DNA from: a virus
Taxonomy: Duplodnaviria; Caudoviricetes
IMG/VR virus record: IMGVR_UViG_3300044695_002920
Coordinates: 1 to 57,808 of that record
Direction: 5' to 3' (one strand)
DNA: 57,808 nucleotides
The translations under genes and the position numbers were made by a program. Below the pieces are notes generated by a model. That model made no database searches. It was not told the DNA's origin and saw only the letters and a list, made by a program, of their open reading frames with translations. Below are positions 53,201 through 57,808 of this stretch, in pieces; positions within the stretch are counted from its first letter, which is position 1, and each line of letters opens with the position of its first letter.

Positions 53201-54599
53201 ACACGGGCGGCGTGTATACCGGCTCAGGCGCTGTGTAGACAGGCTCCGAGTACTGCGGCGGCATCGCGTAGTCGACCGGCGGGGTGTACTCAACCGGCGG
53301 CGTGTATACCGGCTCGTTGTACACGGGCTCGTTGTACACGGGCTCGTTGTACACGGGCGGAGTGTATACCGGCTCGTTGTACACGGGCGGGGTGTATACC
53401 GGCTCAGGTGCTGTGTAGACAGGCTCCACGTACTCAACAGGAGACGTGTATTCGACCGGCGGCGTGTATTCGACCGGCGGCGTGTAGACGGGCTCCGCGT
53501 AGGTGGGCGGAGTGTACTCGACGGGCGGAGTATAAACAGGCTCGTTGTACACGGGCGGAGTGTAGACAGGCTCAGGCGCTGTGTACACCGGCTCGTTGTA
53601 CACAGGCTCGTTGTACACGGGCTCGTTATACACCGGCTCGTTATACACGGGCGGCGTGTACTCAACCGGAGGTGTGTAAACAGGCTCGTTATACACGGGC
53701 GGAGTGTACTCGACTGGCGGCGTGTACTCGACTGGCGGCGTGTAAGCAGGCTCGGGCGCTGTGTAGACAGGCTCGTTGTATACCGGAGGCGTATACTCGA
53801 CTGGGGGAGTGTATACCGGCTCGCTGTAGGTAGGTGCCGTGTATACCGGCTCAGGCGCTGTGTATACCGGCTCAGGCGCTGTGTAGACAGGCTCGTTGTA
53901 TACTGGCGGCGTGTACTCGACAGGAGGCGTGTAGACAGGCTCGGCGCTGACAGGCGCGCTGGTCTGTGCAGGCTCGCCGTACATCGACTGGAGGTACTGC
54001 AGGTAGGCGAGCATCGACGCGTAATCGAATGCCACAGGTGTTGGCATTTCAGGTGGCGAGCTTACCGGCGGTGGGGGCGGAGGTGGTGTGTACGCGGGCT
54101 CCGGTGCTGTATAGACAGGCTCGTTATACACGGGCGGAGTGTAGACAGGCTCGTTGTACACGGGCGGCGTGTAGACAGGCTCGTTGTATGCAGGCGGATT
54201 GTATACCGGCTCGTTGTACACGGGTGGGGTGTAGACAGGCTCGGGCGCTGTGTAGACAGGCTCGTTGTATACCGGAGGCGTGTACACGGGCGGGGTGTAT
54301 ACCGGCTCGTTGTACATCGGCGGCGGAGGTGCGGAGTAGATAGGCTCGTTGTACACGGGCGGGGTGTATACCGGCTCGTTGTATACCGGAGGCGCGTATA
54401 CCGGCTCTGAGTACATCGGCGGATTGTAGACAGGCTCCGAGTACATCGGCGGGCTGTAGACAGGCTCGTTGTAGATCGGCGGGCTGTAGACAGGCTCGTT
54501 GTAGATCGGCGGCGTGTAGTTCCACATGCCGTAGTCAGCCATACCGTAGTCAGGCGAATACATGAAGTCTGATAAGCCGGGGATATAGTATTCGTCCAT
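50292..54599 (-). CDS. Ejection protein with Tyr/Pro repeats, Gly-zipper hydrophobic region and TonB-box-like repeats (1435 aa)
   Basis: TGATG coupling sets the start at 54599; C-terminal GDGRDDKIPALLSDGEYV motif. Confidence 0.8.
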   Translation of the reverse strand: MDEYYIPGLSDFMYSPDYGMADYGMWNYTPPIYNEPVYSPPIYNEPVYSPPMYSEPVYNPPMYSEPVYAPPVYNEPVYTPPVYNEPIYSAPPPPMYNEPVYTPPVYTPPVYNEPVYTAPEPVYTPPVYNEPVYNPPAYNEPVYTPPVYNEPVYTPPVYNEPVYTAPEPAYTPPPPPPPVSSPPEMPTPVAFDYASMLAYLQYLQSMYGEPAQTSAPVSAEPVYTPPVEYTPPVYNEPVYTAPEPVYTAPEPVYTAPTYSEPVYTPPVEYTPPVYNEPVYTAPEPAYTPPVEYTPPVEYTPPVYNEPVYTPPVEYTPPVYNEPVYNEPVYNEPVYNEPVYTAPEPVYTPPVYNEPVYTPPVEYTPPTYAEPVYTPPVEYTPPVEYTSPVEYVEPVYTAPEPVYTPPVYNEPVYTPPVYNEPVYNEPVYNEPVYTPPVEYTPPVDYAMPPQYSEPVYTAPEPVYTPPVYSEPAYTPPVEYTPPAYTPPTEYTSPVEYYEPVYNEPAPQYSEPAYTPPVEYAPPVYNEPIYTPPQYSEPAYTPPVEYPSLLDYGASDYVATPSVSMPSVYNEPVGSPYASEPVYSEQAPSGVEPAYNPYVEPAYTEQAGSPYAVEPAPSAPAEQTGSPYAVEPAPLDYGVSDYVAPDYSALVNYPMPGEQVGAPVSMEPVPSAPAEQVGAPYAVEPVYSEQIGMPNAVVPADYNAPVGDMTDPLMGPEDYAITGPRPTVRPTPETVIQYSKPSATPGLDFVTNDGQQGYYFVTNAGKPAKTKANPTAFVSLDPNATYRLVNERGQNAILTSGVGEQGLRDAYAAAQRLSAEGGTKADWYLERSDQDGQWSRIADDDPKGSDLGVFGKIAGFALPIATAVLTGGLSVPAQIAAAAAAGAAGNALSGGDPLKGAVMGGLTTAGGTILGPALGATKAASAVGTGLGATAGGLATGQNLKNSLLGGLASGAASYVIPGVAEELGITLPGGSGVYDAATNTITTTGGVSPSTPISAGSGSNVAGDAKADTLGGEIVVSGGNAAPSVNLAPIFTPSPEPIPIPQPLDAGAPQQPAAPEESEIVVSGGNVTPSIPIPAPIFTPSPEPIPIPQPLDAGVVQQPAQPEAAPENRDIVVTGGEVMPSVPLPSIFAPSPQPVPIPQPLDAAQQPTDPDQIVVTGNNAPPLPPSVPVTLPITSGGLPPVTYEEGINVIGNKTTVPEQPTSIPVTPPMVTSRTDLGFTGARDGATQPEAKKDTTLKDIADYLRIAGLLSSLLGGLAGSGGGGSQKFNVPGTMGRLNPIFGAKLPPANLPGLGVGGGGSGARSPSDLAARGLSAPIDYYRYGYGPEQSFFNYVPQGARNTSKAYTGYARGGFAVEGAGDGRDDKIPALLSDGEYVIDAETVALLGNGSNKAGAQMLDKFRVNVRKQKGRKLARGEFSENAKRPEHYMAGGRL
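52560..54525 (-). repeat. Coding tandem repeat of 15-21-bp units (YNEPV/YTPPV/YTAPEPV)
   Basis: Recurrent GGCTCGTTGTACACGGGCGG-type units on the plus strand. Confidence 0.95.
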
Positions 54600-54832
54600 C
54601 AACCTGTACTTTCGAGCATCGGATAAGCGCGCATTGCCCATTCGCGCCAGTCCGAGAACTGGTAAGGATCAGGAAGGGTGCGCTGCGTAAAAGGAGACGC
54701 GCGTACAAGCCCCGTTGCCCAATCGCGCCACGCAGCTTCTTCGGGAGGCCTCCCGAATGACCACGCATCGCCTACGACCAGTATAACCGAAGAAGCCCAG
54801 TCTTGCCAAGACATTCCGAGGGGATTTATCAT
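54599..54832 (-). CDS. Small Trp-rich conserved tail-module protein
   Basis: WQDWA..WRDWA..PDPYQFSDWREWA; coupled at both ends. Confidence 0.75.
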   Translation of the reverse strand: MINPLGMSWQDWASSVILVVGDAWSFGRPPEEAAWRDWATGLVRASPFTQRTLPDPYQFSDWREWAMRAYPMLESTG

Positions 54833-56610
54833 CCCAAAGTCGTGCTATCGCCGGGCTGGAGGTGCGCGAGCACCAGACCCATCTGAAAGTCGCCCCCGAG
54901 CGTGTTGCTCTCGAAGCGGAAGCGCAGCTCGCGGCGCTGGGTTTTCAGGAACACGACCTGCTCCTGTGGCGTCGCCGCAGTCTCTGTGATGAGCACCGGA
55001 TCCCCATTCACCTCCTGCGCTCGGGCGTTGGCGCGGCCGCGCACCTGCACCGTCATGTCGCCGCTCTGTACGAAGTCAGGCTCGAGCATGAGCACCTGCA
55101 GCGCCTTGTTCTGTTGTGTCGACACCGGCAGCGACAAGTCCGCCGTCTCGAAGTAGGATTTGATCGGGTTCAGCAGCAGGCCGTCAATCTCGTCGGTGCC
55201 GACCTCGTGGACCCAGAACTTGTAGGGCTGCTCGAAGACAATGTCGAAGGTGGCACCTGCCCCCGCGCCGCCAGTCACGTTCACGGGGTTGCTCGGGATC
55301 TCGGTGTAGCTGCCCGCATTGCTTATGGTCACGCCAGTCACCGCGCCGCCTGCGCCTATGGTGGAGACCGTGAGTTCCGCGTTGATCTGGCCGAAGCCGC
55401 CTGACACTGTCAGGATGTTGCCCACGGCGTAGCCAGTGCCGCCGACGACCACGTCAACCTCGAAGGCGGTGAACTCTTGCGGCTGCACGCCCGACATCAG
55501 GGGCTTGCGGAAGACGGCAGGGAACAGGCCCGCGCCGCGCCCCTCGTTCGGCAGCGCCGTGTCGTACCATATGTTTTCGCGGACGTTGTAGACAATGGCG
55601 TGGTTGGGCTCCTCGCTGTTTCCGAAGGGGAAGCACCACCAGATCTCGCCAAAGCGCGGCACCTTCATGGCGAAGACCTTCTGCCGCTGGGCGAAATTCA
55701 GATTGTCGAAGAAGAAGTTGAGATTGAGGTTGTTTTCAACCTCGCGCACGACGCCGTTGAACATCAGGAAGCGATCGGTGCCGATCCAGTAGAAGACGCC
55801 GTCATACTCGATGACCGACTGCGCGGACAGGATCGACGACTGCGAGCTGATCGTGTCGAACTGGAATAGCGCCGTGCCGCCGATGTAGCTGGCGCGGATG
55901 AGGCTGTCTGCCGACCAGAAGAGGCCCGAGGGGCTGTTGCCCGGTCCACCGCGCAGGGGCATGCCGCGCACAATCTTCTGACCCGTGACGTAGGCATTGC
56001 CTGCCCCTGAGCCGGTGTAGTCGTCGGGCTTGTTGGGCACCGACCACGCGACGTAGCCGTCATTGCCGAAGGCGAAGGTGTACGGAGCCAGCGTCACAAC
56101 GCCGCCGGTGCAGTTGAAGTTGGCGGGCTTATTGAGGGCGGGTACGGCAGTCAGCACGCCGGTGCCGAGGAGGTCGCCCGTGAAGATCTCACCCGCGTCG
56201 CTGTTGCAGATGCAGTTGAGGTTCGGGGCGACCTGCGCGACGATCTTGTTGCCGGAGGCGGTGTCGTAGGCGACGGTGAACTGCCAGAGATTGGCGTCGC
56301 TGGCCGTGAAGCCCGTTGTCGGCGTGCGGTCGGTGATGACGCTCGTATTGTACGTGCCGTCGATGAAGAACCGCTCGACGCGATTGGCTGAGCCCGCGTG
56401 CACGTAGGTCTGAAGATCCTGCGTGTACTCCAAGAGCGTGCGCGGCAGGCCGCGCAAGAACTTGTTGATCGAGCGGTAGCCGCCCATCTTCCTCGGCAAC
56501 CCGCGCTGGAAGCGCACCCACTGCCCGTCGACATAGTTGTCGCCTTCGAACTTGGTGCCGTCCCGCTTGATGCCGGGTGCCGATTTGATTTGGGCAATTT
56601 GCTCAGCCAT
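54829..56610 (-). CDS. Tail nozzle / head-closure beta-propeller protein (P22 gp10 / tubular B-like)
   Basis: PGIKRDGT, WVRFQRGLPRKMGG, FYWIG..F..FNG, FGEIWWCFP, VYNVRENIWY. Confidence 0.75.
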   Translation of the reverse strand: MAEQIAQIKSAPGIKRDGTKFEGDNYVDGQWVRFQRGLPRKMGGYRSINKFLRGLPRTLLEYTQDLQTYVHAGSANRVERFFIDGTYNTSVITDRTPTTGFTASDANLWQFTVAYDTASGNKIVAQVAPNLNCICNSDAGEIFTGDLLGTGVLTAVPALNKPANFNCTGGVVTLAPYTFAFGNDGYVAWSVPNKPDDYTGSGAGNAYVTGQKIVRGMPLRGGPGNSPSGLFWSADSLIRASYIGGTALFQFDTISSQSSILSAQSVIEYDGVFYWIGTDRFLMFNGVVREVENNLNLNFFFDNLNFAQRQKVFAMKVPRFGEIWWCFPFGNSEEPNHAIVYNVRENIWYDTALPNEGRGAGLFPAVFRKPLMSGVQPQEFTAFEVDVVVGGTGYAVGNILTVSGGFGQINAELTVSTIGAGGAVTGVTISNAGSYTEIPSNPVNVTGGAGAGATFDIVFEQPYKFWVHEVGTDEIDGLLLNPIKSYFETADLSLPVSTQQNKALQVLMLEPDFVQSGDMTVQVRGRANARAQEVNGDPVLITETAATPQEQVVFLKTQRRELRFRFESNTLGGDFQMGLVLAHLQPGDSTTLG

Positions 56611-56621
56611 TAGAAGGACAC

Positions 56622-56780
56622 TTAGCCCCCTTCTGCATCATCCTGCGCAGGCACTTGCGCTTCGGCCTGCTGCTTGATCTTTACGACGAGGGGCCACGCG
56701 CCGGAAGACGTGGGCAGTGCGCCCAGTGTCTGCAGTACGGCGTTGATCTCGTCTACGGTAAGGTTCAGATTGATTTCCAT
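56622..56780 (-). CDS. Small protein downstream of the fibre chaperone (52 aa)
   Basis: MEINLNLTVDEINAVLQTLGALP...; TAATG coupling. Confidence 0.75.
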   Translation of the reverse strand: MEINLNLTVDEINAVLQTLGALPTSSGAWPLVVKIKQQAEAQVPAQDDAEGG

Positions 56781-57109
56781 TATGCGCTCCATGGTAATGG
56801 GGGTGTGACTACCGGCGGCACGACTTGGTCGTTGATCTGCTGGGCCACATTTGCTTCATACGCGGTAACTTGGTCTTCGCCAAGTGCCGACTGCACCCAG
56901 CCAACAACCTGCGCTTCGGTAAGGTCCGCATAGGGAGTGAAGGTAGCGCCCTCGTCGAGGGTCACGCCGACCGAGCCATAAACGCCGCCGGAGAAGCCAG
57001 CTTCCTCACCGGAAAGGGTCCAGTGTACGGTAAAGACCACATCGGTGTGGTTGTCATATTCGGGGTAACAATCAAGTTGGACGACGCCCCATGTGTAAGA
57101 TACAGCCAT
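56780..57109 (-). CDS. Tail-fibre-associated protein
   Basis: FTPYADLTEAQVVGWV...PLPW; directly follows the fibre gene. Confidence 0.75.
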   Translation of the reverse strand: MAVSYTWGVVQLDCYPEYDNHTDVVFTVHWTLSGEEAGFSGGVYGSVGVTLDEGATFTPYADLTEAQVVGWVQSALGEDQVTAYEANVAQQINDQVVPPVVTPPLPWSA

Positions 57110-57110
57110 T

Positions 57111-57808
57111 TTACTTCCTTTCTTCGAGTTGCGCCACACGGGCACGTAGACTTTGAATTTCTGCAATCAGGAGCGGGATAAGCACCTGATGATCGACCTG
57201 CTGGTAGTCCGGCGTTCCGTCCTCGTTGACGGCATCCTTTTCGCCTGTGACTGCATAAGGCACTACTTCCTGCGCTTCGTGAGCAACAAGCATAGGCCGC
57301 TCTATGGTTGCGTCGTGCATCTTTCCGGTGTGGACCTTGAGCGCGTCGATGGTCGTACCGGTATTTTCAACCGGACCGAGGATATTCTTGGCGCGGTAGT
57401 CCGAGGTGGTGTTGTATGCCACCAATCCACCTGCACGGTTGTAGGTAATTGAACCCCGTACCGAAGCCCCGGCTTCGGTGTAGAACTTAATAAATACGTT
57501 ATCGCCGGAAGTTGCTGCGTTCCATGCCGCGATAGTGTCGACGGTCGTGTCACTATTCCTGAACACCCCGGCGCGAGCGCCTGCAGTTGCGGTGTCTACT
57601 TGGACCTTATCATCAGCACCCGCAATGCCACTCGATATCCCAACCAACAAATTCCCGCTGCTGGTGATACGGGCGCGCTCAGTGTTAGCGCCGCTGGCGT
57701 AGAAGACGAGGCCGCCACCTACATTGCCCACCCCAGACGAGCTAACTCCGGTGGGGTTAAAGGCCAGCTTAGCCGTGTTGGCCGTGCTAGTTACGAGTAC
57801 GTTGGCGT
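57111..57808 (-). CDS. Tail fibre C-terminus with intramolecular chaperone (peptidase S74) domain
   Basis: TTSDYRAK cleavage motif, VAHEAQEVVPYAV, LIAEIQSLRARVAQLE coiled coil. Confidence 0.9.
   Translation of the reverse strand, partial: ANVLVTSTANTAKLAFNPTGVSSSGVGNVGGGLVFYASGANTERARITSSGNLLVGISSGIAGADDKVQVDTATAGARAGVFRNSDTTVDTIAAWNAATSGDNVFIKFYTEAGASVRGSITYNRAGGLVAYNTTSDYRAKNILGPVENTGTTIDALKVHTGKMHDATIERPMLVAHEAQEVVPYAVTGEKDAVNEDGTPDYQQVDHQVLIPLLIAEIQSLRARVAQLEERK
57384..57808. repeat. Terminal overlap, copy 2
   Basis: Matches 1-425. Confidence 0.95.

Larger units (their letters stand above)
1..57808. mobile_element. Near-complete circular tailed bacteriophage genome (podovirus-like, unit length ~57,383 bp)
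   Basis: Terminase, portal, capsid, tail, lysis and replication genes are all present; there are no host housekeeping genes; the ends overlap. Confidence 0.95.

Noticed and set aside
52568-54410. 593-aa and 421-aa plus-strand ORFs
   Set aside because: Stop-free antisense frames of the Tyr/Pro repeat.
57384-57808. Physical direct terminal repeat
   Set aside because: It falls mid-gene, is imperfect, and the exact part is 127 bp, which points to assembly overlap.
1-57808. Integrated prophage, tRNA genes or alternative genetic code
   Set aside because: No integrase, att site or host flank was found; no cloverleaf was spotted by eye (tRNAscan not run); genes are intact with all three stop codons in use.

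Overview
The window is essentially one complete, circularly permuted ~57.4-kb dsDNA tailed-phage genome with podovirus-like gene content, probably infecting an alphaproteobacterium (it carries a GapR homologue). Positions 1-425 re-occur at 57384-57808, and the tail-fibre gene spans that junction. The minus strand carries late genes: an AP2-domain protein, terminase, portal, GroES-like chaperonin, scaffold, capsid, neck/tail, lysis, a modular tail fibre and the ejection/cargo proteins. The plus strand (23998-41628) carries small early genes and a primase-helicase / DUF2800 / DUF2815 / GapR / PolA / VRR-NUC / Mom / SNF2 replication module. No integrase, CRISPR array, tRNA or reverse transcriptase was seen. 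Best candidates for undescribed biology: (1) a structured RNA in front of polA whose 31-nt loop is antisense to a 5' leader/RBS motif shared by seven early genes and also to the polA start region; (2) an ejection protein carrying tandem TonB-box-like motifs plus a ~600-aa Tyr/Pro repeat; (3) two cargo genes sharing a 62-aa N-terminal leader, one with an HhH-GPD glycosylase-like domain; (4) a ~1720-aa tail fibre built from ~13 cassettes. All family assignments come from motif recognition by eye and gene order, not from database searches.
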